DNA of 64,000 bases from assembly GCF_009914755.1 (NCBI RefSeq), contig NC_060939.1. One strand, 5' to 3'. The notes below the pieces were generated by a model. The model saw only the letters and a list, made by a program, of their open reading frames with translations. It made no database searches and was not told the DNA's origin. A program made the translations under genes and the position numbers. Each line of letters begins with the position of its first letter. The first letter of the stretch is position 1. Below are positions 41,265 through 54,707 of this stretch, piece after piece. The DNA is from the human T2T-CHM13v2.0 reference genome, Homo sapiens.

Positions 41265-41860
41265 AGAGTAGTGGTGATAGGGATGATGGAGGTGGTGGAG
41301 GTCATGGGAGAGGTAATGGTGGAAGTGATAGAGTTGGAAATAGTTGAGAAGACGGCAGAGGTGGAGGTGAGGGTGATGAAGTTCCTGGTAATGATAGTGA
41401 CATGAACAACAGAGATAATGGCGACAACAGAGGTGAAAATGGGCTTGGAGGAGATGAGAGCCATGGCGGTAGTGAGGACAAATATAATGGAGGTACTGGT
41501 AGTGGCAGCAGTGGTGACAGCGATAGTGGAGGTGATACTGGATGTGATTCTGCAGATGAAGTGGAGATGACAGAGGTCATGTTAGTGGCAGTCATAGTGG
41601 AGAGGATGGCAATGCCGAGGTGAGGGGTGGAAGTCATGGCGAGGAGGAAAATAGTGACGCTGCCATCACAAAGGATAGAAATGATGACAATGGCAGGTCG
41701 TGGTGGTAATGGTGAAGATCAAGGTGGCGGCTCAAGTGCTAGAGGCCATGGTAGAGTGGTGGGGGCAATGAAGGTCATTGTAGTGACCAGTATGAGATGA
41801 GGGTAACGGAGCAGTGGCGGAGAAGATGAAGATGATGGTGGGGGGAGTTGGTGACAATGA
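41265..41860 (+). repeat. Degenerate (GGT/GAT/GGA)n low-complexity tract
   Basis: Seen directly. Confidence 0.85.
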
Positions 41861-43751
41861 GTTCTCAAAACTCCTAGCTCAATAGGAAAGGGGGCTAGAG
41901 AACGTGGCGGAACAAAGGCACAAGGAGGGGCGGTAAACTTGAATAAGAGATACAAGGTCTGTTGTGTTGGGGAGAGGAAGCGTGAGGCCCCCAACCACAG
42001 GCCTAAAGAAGGCTCAGAGGCAACACCAGACTTCTCTCTCCTTGGCAGACTCGGTATGCACTCCAGTTTAACTCAGTAAGTGGGGTAGGCCTGAAGTCTG
42101 CCAGTGATCAGTGGGATGGCCTGAGATTGGGGAAATCCCAGCCCCCATTAGTCCTCAGTTTCCCCCTCTGAAATGGAGGACAACATGAAGTCCCAGTGCA
42201 TGCCCCATGGCTGACTAGTGGTGCATGTGTAGTGGAATGGGGCTGCCATATGTGTGTGGGGTAGGGGTGATGTCAAGATGTCAAGAAATAGCCCATGATA
42301 ACTGGGCTGGGGAGATATTGACAAACGTCTTCTCAGGGCAACTCAAAGCAATGGCCTCTTGTCACTTCCATCCCATGGCTTGGATCCTCTCCATTTCTCC
42401 ATCATCCCCACCTCATCTTGGTCGCCGCACTGAAGGTCACCAGAGCTGTTTCCCTGAATGTCCTCACACCTCTCTTTCCCTCCTAGAAGGCCAGACCCTA
42501 AGTGGGCTGCAGTGTGAATTGGTTAGTCCTTGGACTCTGGAATCGGGCCCCAGGTAATAGTTGTGTGACCGTGGACAATATACTTAACCTCTTTGAGCCT
42601 CTGTTTTCTCACCTAGAAATTAGAAATAACAATACCTGCCTTACAGGTTGTAATATGGCTATGTCTATGATGCATTTAGCCCAGCAAACTTCGACTCAAA
42701 GAAATGGTAGCTGTTGGAAAGCCACAGAAGTAGTCAGGTTCAGAATTAACAGTTATTCTGTAACCCAAGAAGCTGTAGCCACAGGAGAGAGGACCTCTGC
42801 AGGATCTGTGGCTTCCCACAGCCACAAGGTGCAGCCTCCAGGGTGAGCCACCTCCTCTTTCCTGTGGAGCCTGCACTTGCGTGTGCCAGCCTACAGAGGG
42901 CGCTCCTCCTCCTCCACAAGCCCAGGACTCCATGGGGAGGCCTGGCTGCCCCAGGGACCAGGCACCCTGCCCAGGTTGCAAGAGTCCTGGGCAATCCCTG
43001 TGCTCTGGGGCAGAGGTGTTGCCGAGAGGGAGGAAGCCTAACTGGCTGGCCCAGAGCTGCTTTGGGTCTGAAAGGGGGACAGGGAGAACTCTGTTGTTCA
43101 TGGCTCTCAGAAGCCCTACGCCTTGTACTCTAGCTGCAAATTTGATGGGGAAGGAGCCTGGGACCAGGGGAGCCTCGGGTTTCCCCGGAAGCATTTCCCA
43201 GCAGCCCTAGGACCCTGTGAGCAGGTGCAGTGGGACCCACGCGCCGCCTCTACTCCTCCTTTCCTGGCTGGGAATCCTTCCTGCCCCCCAGCACACACAC
43301 ACATTCTCAGTGTAGTTCCGTGTGATTCACTGTGAGTGGTCATCATCATGGCCCGCATCATGGCCTGAGGAGAGCAGGGACCTCAGCTGAGTCATCTCCC
43401 CGAATGGTAATGAGGGCAGTCTGGAGAGGATCTGTCCTTCAGCCTCCTCCCTGGGTTCTCGGTCTCCAACCCCTCACCATGCGCAGGCTCACCCAGGGAG
43501 CTGCTGCTTCACCAGCAGGGAACTGCTCTGCCTCACCAGGCCCGTGTGGCACAGGGTGCAGCTGTGCAAGCCATGCCCTCTGGCCACAGGGCAGGTCATT
43601 AGGCCAGCACTCATCCCCTGCCACGGTCAGGGCTGTGTGGGGCTGGAATCAGAGGCCTCCTCCGTTTCCTCAACCTGATTCCTAAACATTACCTGTTTCA
43701 CTGTGAAAAACCATCCACGGACCTCTCCTGTGGTTTTCTACGCCCAAGACC

Positions 43752-44440
<689 letters not shown>

Positions 44441-46809
44441 GCAATTGTTAGCTCCTGGTACCATCTTTACAGGCAGGTGAGTCTCCTAGGAGCCTGAAGT
44501 AGCCGTGGCCGAGAGGTCTGATGAGCTTCAGTTTCTCTACCTGAGAGCCCAGCCCTTGAGAACCTCCTGGGAAGCGGGTGAGCCTTGCTCCATGGCCCCT
44601 GGCTCACAGCTGGATGCACCCTCAATTCCTGACCTGAGGGCTCCCGCTCACAGGAAGCTGCCATCTGGTGCAGTCCCTCTAGAGGACAGAAGAAGGTTCA
44701 GGAGGCGCCCTCCTCAAATCCAGTCCTCCGGGTCATTCAAGGCCCCAGGCTGCACTCCCAGAGCTCCTTGCCCTGGGCCATGCTCCCACTTGATGCCAGG
44801 GCTGTGCTTCCGCTCTGTGTGAGGGGAACCTGAAAGGAAAGTTAATATTTAGATAGTGGAAAGGAGAGAGTAAGGAAGGAGATCCAGGAAGGCAACAGTC
44901 TGGCCAAGGGTCTGGAGGTGGGAGGTGGCGGGACAGGAGATGACAGGGAGCCCAGGCGGAATCAGAGGAGAGAAAAGAGGAACAGCCGTCGCCCTTGGAG
45001 AGGGGTGTGTGTATGAACGCTAAATGCCGAGCCTGGACAGAATGGAGCCATAGAAGTCTCTGAGCCAGGGAAGGAATTCAGTGAGATCAGGATTTGAGGC
45101 ACATTAGTCTGGGGGCTGTACAGAAAGGACTGGGAAGGGAAAGATGAATGGGAAAGTAAGTGGGGTAATTAAAAACATAGGCAGGAACGCAGAGCACTTG
45201 GACCTTCTGTGGTTGGCCCCAGGGAGCTCAGCCTGGGATGCGGGCCTCTGTGCCAGAAGTCTGCACAGGGGACTGGGCCAAGGGCTTTGAGGTGGGCAGC
45301 CCAGGAGTCCTGGGGCCCCGCCCCCTCTGCCTGTCTCCAGGAGAAACTGGACAGCTCCCACAGAGGGACTTGCAGAATCAGTGGTTTCTGGCGATGTGAC
45401 TGTGAGTTGGGTGTGGGTTTGCTTCTCCCTCCTATACATCCATCACCACCCGTTCTCTGCCCTGAATGCCAGGGTCTGAGGGCTGAGCTGCCAGCCCTGG
45501 GCTCCTGCAAAGCCAACATATAATTCCGGGCCACTGAGAACCCAGGCAAGACTTTTGTGAGAATGAAACAAGACAGGCCCCTCTGCGCAGACACAGCCTC
45601 TTGGCAGATGGTGCCTTCGTGCTAAGCAAAAAGTGCCCGGCGCGGGCTGGGTTTCAATCCCCACCACACCCTTGGCTGAGGCCTGGCACACGAACCATGT
45701 AACCATGCACGGCAGTCCTGCATAATTCCCAGTGCTGGGGGAAATGGTATGAAAGGGGTGAGTCATACTTGAAAACCACAAGGCACCAGAGAAGAGACCT
45801 TCATATGAGACCCCCTACCTGTCCTGCTTTCTCCTTCTCCCCTGGACCAGGGGCCCAGAGCTACTGGGGGACTGGGCAAAGGGAGGTACAGCAAGAGCAA
45901 ACTCGCTGGATCCAGGGAGTCATAGCAGCAGAGTCTCAGGCCCAGGCACAAAGCCTGCATACATCTCTCTCCTGGAGCCAAGTGAGAACAGTCCTAGGAG
46001 AGAGGCAGGACAGAGACTAGAGTCTTGTTTTTAAAAAAACTGAGGCCAAAAGAAGTTCAGTGGTCTATTCAAGATGATGCAGCTAATAAGTAAGGGTGGA
46101 CAATGAGAGGCAAAGTCACAGGGTAGCGAAGAGGCATCAGGCAGACCTAGGAAGAGTCCCAGCTCTGACTCTGAGCATTCATTGAAGTTCTTCAAGTATC
46201 AGTCTGCTCATCTGTAAAATGCGGCTAATAGCTACGGTTATTCCTAGGATTAAAGACAGCAGTGTATGTAAAACACTTAATGACAATTATAGAAACTGGG
46301 ACTCAAAGCCCAATTTCTTGCCCAGGGAGAGATGTGGATGCATTGCAGAATTCCTCAATAGATCAGGAAGTCCAGGATGTTAGAAAGTTGTCAAACTACC
46401 AGGCCCATAGAGCAAAGAAAGAAGATTCAGAGAGATGCACCTTCCACAGCTCTGGGGATGCGTAGCTGTGCCTCCGAGGCCTGCTTCGGGACCAAGGTGA
46501 GCATGGCCGAGGGCTCAAAGTTGAGTCCCTCTCCATGAACTGCTCTTGGCCAAAAGGAGCTGCCCCATTTAAAGCCACATCCCCTGCACAGGGAAGCCTC
46601 ATCCAATGATTGTGTAAGTCCCTGGGCCAGGCTCTCTTGCCTCAATCTGGGGTAACTCTGCAGGCCACCACAGCCCTGGAGCTTCCCAGGGAATCACCTG
46701 CAACTGCCCACCTCTGCTCTTCTCTCCCCACAGGTGAGGGGCATGCCCCCAAGAGCACTCCTCATGCAAATGCCCATGTGCACATCTTCATCAGAGTCTG
46801 CTTCCCAGG

Positions 46810-47545
46810 TGTATTGTTTCCATGGCTGCTGTAACGAATTACCACAAACTTGGTGGCTTAACGTAATGCACATTCATTCTCTTACAGTTCTGGAGGCCAG
46901 GAGTCTGGAATCAGTTTCACTGGGTTTGAGTCATGGTGTCATCAGGGCTGGTTCCTTCTGGAGACTCTAGGGGAGGATCTGTTTCCTCACCTTTTCTAGC
47001 CTCTGGGTGCTGCCTGCATTCCTGGGCTAGTGGCCGCTTTCTCATGTTACTCCAACCTTGCTTCCATTGTCACATCTCCTACTTCCTCCCCTGACCTTCA
47101 CCCAAATAATCCAGGATAATCTTCCCATCTCAAGATCCCCTTTTTTTTGTTTGTTTTTTTGAGGTGGGTCTCACTCTGTCACCCAGTCTGGAGTATAGAG
47201 GCACCACCATGGCTCACTGCAGCCTTGACCTCCCAAGCTCAAGCAATTCTCCCACCTCAGCCTCCTGAGTAGCTGGGACCACAGGCATACACCACCTCAC
47301 CCAGCTAATTGTTTTTATTTTTTTGTAGAGATGGGGCCTCACTTTGTTGCCCAGGCTGGTCTCGAACTCCTGGCTTCATGCAATCCTCCTGCCTTGGCCT
47401 CCCAAAGTTCTGGAAATTACAGACATGAGCCACCGCGCCTGGCCAAGATCCCTAACTTAATTACATCTGCAAAGTCACTTTTGCCATTCACAGGTTCTGG
47501 AAATTAGGATGGGGATATTTTGGGGGACTATTATTTAGCCTACCA
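46810..47545 (-). mobile_element. MaLR MLT1 LTR containing an AluJ (47141-47444, -)
   Basis: ctgctgtaacgaattaccacaaacttggtggctt...; caagatccc repeated on both sides of the Alu. Confidence 0.85.
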
Positions 47546-48599
47546 CACCGAAGAACCTAACCAAAGAAAGCAGCTGCCTGCCTGCCGTGGCCCTCCTCAT
47601 TGCCTTCCAAGCATCCTCTTGTTGACACCTCCCCAGCAAGGGCAGTCTCACTCCATCACAGGACGGTAGGAGGGGTCTGGCTATGGAAGGCCTGTCTCTG
47701 GAGTCAGTGAGCCCTATCGGCCTGAGGGTGTGTGATACCCAGCTATAAGGAAGGCTTAAGCAAGCTGGAAGCCTTTGAAATCCAGAAATACCTGTCCCCT
47801 CTTTTCTCTGCCTCTCAGCCTATGTCACATTTCAAGACTTGGCTGCTGCAAGAAGCCTTCCCCAGAGCAGACAGAACAGCTCCCTCTTCTCCAGCCTCCA
47901 CCATGCTCGATGGTGGCACCACTGGTGCCCACCCCACAGCCCACTGCATGCATCTGTCATTGCATGCCTGCCTCTCCCCTCGACTGTGCAGTAGGTCTTT
48001 CTCATTTTCCCATCCGCTCCATGCTTAGCATGGGGTCTGCTCCCCTGGAGAGCAGAGACCTTCTCTGCTTCCAATCAATCAAATAAATGCTTGTAGAACT
48101 GGGTCATGCCGAGCCAATCCACAATTCCCAAGGAGGAAGACAGAAGTGTGAGGTGTCAGCTGAGTGCCCTGGTGGCTCAGTCTGAATCAGTGCAGGCTGG
48201 GATGCCCTGGGGAGGCCCCCCTCTACATTTCCATCAATCCGGGTCGGGTCTGGCAGCTGGTGGGGTGACATGCTGCTGCTCCCGCAGGTCTGCCTGCTTG
48301 TCTCCCTGGCTCAGAGCAACTCCATAACCAGACCCAAGCTCGCCTGTTCACCAGTCCCAGCGACCGTGCAACAGTTTTCCCATTGTCCATACTTTTCAGA
48401 GTAGTCCATAGTCTCTGTGTGTCCTTCTCTCTTATTCTCCCTGTAACTCGCTCCCCTTTATCCCACCAAAACTGCCCTCCTGAAAATCACAACCACCTCT
48501 GTGCTGCCCAATCCACAGGACACCACTCAGTCCTTACCATAACAGGCTGCTGCCGCCTCCTGTCCTGGCACCCATGCCTCCGGCTTCTGCATCTCTTCA

Positions 48600-48960
48600 T
48601 GAGAGAACTATCTGGCCTTGGACCAAAACTGGCCCACATGGAATATCAGGGGGATTCACACCCCAGGAGCAGCCCTTGAAGGAAGGGCGGGGAGCTGGTG
48701 GATACACACCCCAGATTTCCCACCCCTCAATGGGACAAGTCTGAGACCTGTTCTGTACACTCAGAGGGTCCACAGGGGGCTGAACCTCAGTGTTCCACAG
48801 CAGTAGCTGCTGGGTAACTCTTATCTACCTTTTTCTCTTCCCTGTCTCACTTCCCTACTCCCTCACATGCTGCCTGGGATCATCTTCCAAACAAACAACT
48901 ACACCCAAATCCTTGTCAGAAGGCCTGTTTAGTGGGGGCAGGGAACCAACCTAAGGCAAC
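48600..48960 (+). mobile_element. LTR16-type ERVL LTR fragment
   Basis: ccctgtctcacttccctactccctcac..ctgggatcatcttccaaac..cccaaatccttgtc..aacctaagg. Confidence 0.7.
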
Positions 48961-49034
48961 ATATTCAATCATGGTACTCTCCTCAATGCCAATAAGAAAA
49001 GACCAGGCCCCTTCACTCAGTATTCAAGACCTCA

Positions 49035-49418
<384 letters not shown>

Positions 49419-52417
49419 TCATCTGCTTTGTGACTTAGCCCAGGCATTTCATCTAGGAAGTCTTCCTTCTAAGTCTAGAGGTCAGTGAGTCCTTGGGCTT
49501 CCTGCCCCATCCTAAGGTGAGCACTTCTATGAGTCAGCCACAAGGAAGAACTAACCAGGTTGGAGTGGGCTGTTGGCCCAAAGTCGAGCTCTATAAGGCT
49601 ACAGTGGGCTGCTCTGTAGCCAGCCATGTGTGCACTCTCCCCAGCCCCCGCAGGCATGCAGGAAGCCCCTTCTTGCCTAGTGGTGTGCTGAAGTCAGCTT
49701 GCACTGGCTCAAAAGAATGAAACTTGTGCACCTCTTCCAATTCTGCATTCAGTGGCATTATGCGGGTTGTCTGAAATCGGCTATGGCAAGAGTATTTACA
49801 CCACAGAAATTGGCAATTGCTACAAATCAGGGGTTTCATTTTCTTCAAAGAGTGACCATGGCCTCCCCTCCCGCCATGTGCCATAATCCTGAGTATGTCT
49901 ATGGGTTCATAGTACAGGTCCCAGGTCTGAGGCAGGGCAGAATCAGCTTGGGGGAAGGGGTGTTGACTGGCAGCATGGTGCCAAGATAGATGTGGAGCCA
50001 GGGGTCAGAGTGCAGCTGGGTGAAGTGGAAACCAAAGGAGGGACGAGAGGAGCTCATGGGACTGGGGGACAAAGGCCAGGGATGTGTGTGTAGAAAAGAG
50101 AGAGACTCCAAAAGAAATGGAGAGAGACAGCAAGGAAGAGACACGGAGAGAAGAGTAAGAGAGACATGGAGACACAGACAAAACAAAACACACAGATGGA
50201 GGGAGGAAGACAGAGTGAGACAGCAAATAGAGACAGAGGCAGAAACAGAGAGCGAGAGACAGCTTGAGACTGGGAAGAAATGACAGAGTGGAGGAAGCCA
50301 AGGGCAAAAATAGAAGAATTTAGCGACAAAAACACAAACTGGAGAGTGACAAACAAAGACCGTAGCAGCAGAGGGGGCCCAGGAGGGTGCAGCCCAGGCC
50401 TAGCTGGGGCCCACGGTGCATGAGGCAGCTTGCAAGAGAGGCTCAGGGCCCACTTAGGACAAGGCCTCCCACGCCCTCTAGCCCCAGCCATCATGTGAAT
50501 ACCTCCTTAGGTGTCCATCAACTACTTGAAGATGTGAATGTTTGATTGCTTCTCCAATTTAGGCATTAAATCCCTCAGTAATTCAATAATGCATTGTCCA
50601 ATTACTCACATGACACGCAACTTTAAATTAGGAAAAAATATTTAGACAATTCAATTGCTAAATGATCTCATTGTTTCTGAAATTCCCTCATAATGCTCCC
50701 TTGAGTTATTCTCCCTTCTTAAATCAACCTGAGAAAGGGATGTGCCGACTCAGCAGTCTGTTTCTTGGCTCTACCTGGCTGAATTCAGTACAACCTTTAG
50801 ATTAGAGTCCCCGGATTCAGGCACTTTACCTTGTCCAGTGGTGTGCTGAAGTCAGCTTGCTGGAAAAAAAAGAAATTTTCACACCTTTTCTTAATTCTGC
50901 ATTCAGTGACATCATGTTGATAGCTTGAAATTGGCTGTGGTGGGAGTATTTACACCATGGAAATTGGCAACTGCTACAAACCAGGGCATTTTTTTTCTTT
51001 AAAGAGCCACCACTGCCTTTATTCACCTCCCATTCTCCCACCAATCTGTGGCCCCCAGGTGGGATAAAACCCTGAGCAGATTTGTGGGTTTACAGCATTT
51101 GCTCCAGGGCCCAGCTGGGAGCCTCCCTAAAGGGGCAGAGCAGAATCAGTTGGCTTGGAGGTTTGGGAGAGTCAACTGAGCAGCATAGGACCAAGCTGGG
51201 AATTCCAGGGCCCTTCCCTGGCCTCTGTCCCAGGGATCATTGTGCCTCCCCATCAAGACAGCACAGTCTGGAACAAAGAGCTCCTGCCTGAACATTGGGA
51301 GAACTCAGGTATCACTCGGTGTCGGTCAAGGAAACCCAGGCTCTCAGCAAGGGACTGGCTCCTGGTCACCAGCAGGGTGGATGGGATGGGCATGTCTGCT
51401 GGGCTTCAGTTTCATGTCCCGTTTTTCTAAGCTGCTCACACTCAAGAGTCCCAGAAAGTTTGTTGTGCTACTTCTAAATAGAGAAAAGTTTTGTCTCCAT
51501 AAATTTATACTCTCCACTGCCTTCCCAGGAAGCTGAGTTCTGGTCACAGGTGACCCTTTGTGCTGCCATCTTGAAGGAGCTGGGTAGGCAAATTAGGGAC
51601 AGGAGGGGCTAGGGAAGTGGGAGACGTATGTGGGAGGAGGTCGGGGAGAGGCTGGAGAGAACTATGGAAGAAGGATTTCATGTGTCTCCGTGGGGTATGA
51701 GACCATCTTCTGAATCTTCCCACCCAAATTGTCAGTATACTCAACCTTGCTCCCTGATGTCTTTGAGTGAATGGAATCTGGAGTGGAGAGGGTGGTGGCA
51801 GGTTGGAAAGAAGGATGAGGGACCAGCCCCACTGGTTACATGTGGAGAGGACAAGGTACACGGAGGAGGAAGGCAGGCCTGGCAGAGCTCAGATATCTGT
51901 GGGAGGAGGAGGCAGGTTCTTGCCTCTCTCTTCCTCTGGGAAGCAGCTTGTTTGGGAAATCCAAGCCCAAGTCCATCCAGGGCAAGTGCCTCGATTTTCC
52001 CTTGAGAGGAAGAAAAGGGCTTTCCTGACCCAGGAGGAGGAGAAGACTGAGGTCAAGTCAATCAAAGGGACAAAGCTAACCCCTATGCCATCAAGAATGT
52101 ATGTGCAGTGCTGAGTACTATTTTTTGGATCTGAGTTGTGCTGAGTGTTGGTTTACAGAGCTCCAGAACCCCCAAGTGTAGAATGACTCATTCACCGATG
52201 TCATGTGTGTAGAGAAGAGATCTGCAAGCCTGGAAGATTCACCTCTTCAGGCTCTTGTTCTCTGTCCCACCAGCCTAGTAATATGGGCAGGTCTTAACTT
52301 TATAAAGAGGCCCCACCAACCACAATTCCATGCAAAGCTTGCTGCAGAGACCCAACTCTGAGGGTAAGGACCCCAGGCCAGACAGCAGACAACTGGGCAT
52401 CTCTCTTTCTCTCTCAT

Positions 52418-52480
52418 TTCCTCCTCCTCCTTCTCCTCCTCTTCCTCTTCTTCCTCTTCCTCCTCCTGCTCCTCCTCCTT
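52418..52480 (+). repeat. (CCT/CTT)n pyrimidine tract
   Basis: Seen directly. Confidence 0.9.
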
Positions 52481-53359
52481 TTTTCCCCCAGTCTGAGCCC
52501 TCACTCCCCACCAGCTAACTAGCCCAGAGCAAGCAGCTAAATATAGTTCCTTATTCTTTGACTCGTAGAAATCAGCCACAAACTGTCTGTCAACATGAAT
52601 TTCTCAGCTCAGTTGTTCTAGCCATGAGCAGCTGCTGCTCCTGATACTTCACCGGGCTGCTCTCAAGTTCATCTTTGGTGGGGTCTGCATGGAAGGAAAA
52701 CACAAATTTGAGAGGGCAGCTTTAGAAAGTGTGAAACGGGCATAGACTTTGAAATTGGAGAGACAGGAACCAAATCTTAGCTTGACCACTTCCTAGCTGT
52801 GTGATCCTCTGCTGGCTCAATTATTGAGCTCTTACTTAGATTCTGGGAGATGCTCTAAGATCTTTCCAATAAATTCTCATTTTTGCTCAGGCTAATGTGA
52901 GTTGGGCTTCTGTCACTTGCAAGCTGAATAAGAACTTGCTTCTCAACCCCTTGGGTCCTCTGCTGATGGCCTCTTCCATCCATCCTCACTCACATGTTCC
53001 ATTCCCACATTTTGTAATCTCTTACCCCTAAAAAGTTCCAAAGCTGTTTTCTTTCTCTTTTACTTTTAAGAAAGATTTTTTTCAAGTGTAACACACTTAC
53101 TGTATAGTCTCAATTTGTTGGGGTATAGACGTGAAATTGTTTTCTAACTTCCCTGAGCCTCACTGTCTTCATCTGTACAATGGGACTACTATTGCCTGGC
53201 TCACAGGACTGCTAGTACGGTCAACCAGGAGCCTAGATGGAAAGCTTCTAGCCCAGGCCTGTAACAGTGGGAGGGCTGGGTAGCTGTCCATTCCTCTCCC
53301 TATGTGGAAAGTTATTCTTTACCTATCAAACAGTAGAACAGAGGCTAGAATTATAATGC

Positions 53360-54225
53360 CTGCCCCCAGAAAGTGGCTTTATTGAGATGTACAAAATATT
53401 CTACATTAATTTTTATTCCATTCTCACATTTATTGAGATGAACAAAATCAGTGTTATGGATTGTTATAGACACAGTATCTGTCCCTGTGCCCTGACCCTG
53501 ACTGTGGGGCTGTCAAATGTGCTTCCTGGGGAACCAGATACACCAGACACACCACACACACACATAAACACACACAGGAACACATGAAGCCAAGCAAATT
53601 CAGAGACAATTTGATGAGTGTAACACACACACAGGAGGGTATATGCACATTTGTGAGTGCACTGCAGGCCCATGGCTGGATGAAGCATGGGAAATGGGGG
53701 AATCCACAGGGCGCACGTAGCCCGCCAGTCCTGGCTCTCAGCGCTCTCCTTCTGGGCCAGGCCTGGGCCATGCTTGTGTTGAGAGGCTTTGGCGCCCTCT
53801 GCTGACTGCGGTCCTCCCTGCAGCCCTCTCCAACCTAGCCAGAGCAGGTGCAGCAGGCCCAGGGAAGCCAGGCGTCTAGGAAGGGGGAAAACCAGAAGGG
53901 AAGAGACTGAAAGGAGGTAAAGAATGGAGGGAGAAGAGAACCAGAGCCTATACTGTCCCCAAAGCCACCAGGATGGAGGACCCAGCTATGCAGCCACTCA
54001 CTGACCACAGCAGCTGCTTACAGACAGGAGCATCACCTCCCAGGTGCTCATGATGACTGTCTAGAGACCCTGTGGTGGCACAGCTGGTGGTGTGAAGGGC
54101 ACAGGCCCCAGAAAGTTCCTCAGGCTCTGGCTGTGATGCCTTGTAAGTCCATGTGGCAGAACCATCAACCAGACCAGTGAACTTTTCCACCTCCTCTGGG
54201 AATGCCCAGGGCCAGACCTTCAATC
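53360..54225 (-). ncRNA. LOXL1-AS1: Candidate last two exons (54225-54002 and 53875 to about 53360-53410) of a minus-strand lncRNA, probably LOXL1-AS1
   Basis: Minus-strand acceptor ctccctagcctgcag|, donor TCA|gtgagt (54001), acceptor tttttcccccttcctag| (53876), three AATAAA at 53434, 53417 and 53383. The gene name rests on recalled synteny only. Confidence 0.5.
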
Positions 54226-54416
54226 CTGCAGGCTAGGGAGCTTGATGATGGCAAACATGGACTTGGGAACCAGACTGACCTAGGCAGAGTGCCTGCACTG
54301 CCTCTCACTAGCTGTGTGACCTTGGGCTCCTAACCTCTCCCTGTCTCTGCATCCTCGTCTGCAAAGTGAGGGGAGTAAGACAGCTGCAGTCAGGATGAAA
54401 TAAAAATCCATGTAAA

Positions 54417-54707
54417 GGCCAGGCGCAGTGGCTCACACCTGTAATCCCAGCACTTTGGGAGGCCAAGGCAGGCAGATCACTTGAGGTCAGCAGTTCGAGA
54501 CCAGCGTGGACAACATGGTGAAACCCTGTCTCTACTAAAAATACAAAACTTAGCTGGGTGTGGTGGCACGCACCTGTAGTCCCAGCTACTCCAGAGGCTG
54601 AGGCAGGAGAATTGCTTGAACCTGGGAGGTGAGGTTGCAGTGAGCCAAGATCATACCACTGCACTCCAGCCTGGGCGACACAGCGAGACTCCATCTCAAA
54701 AAAAAAA
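54417..54707 (+). mobile_element. Alu (AluS) inserted in a MIR
   Basis: Alu consensus; aaaaatcca flanks; MIR-like sequence on both sides. Confidence 0.93.
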
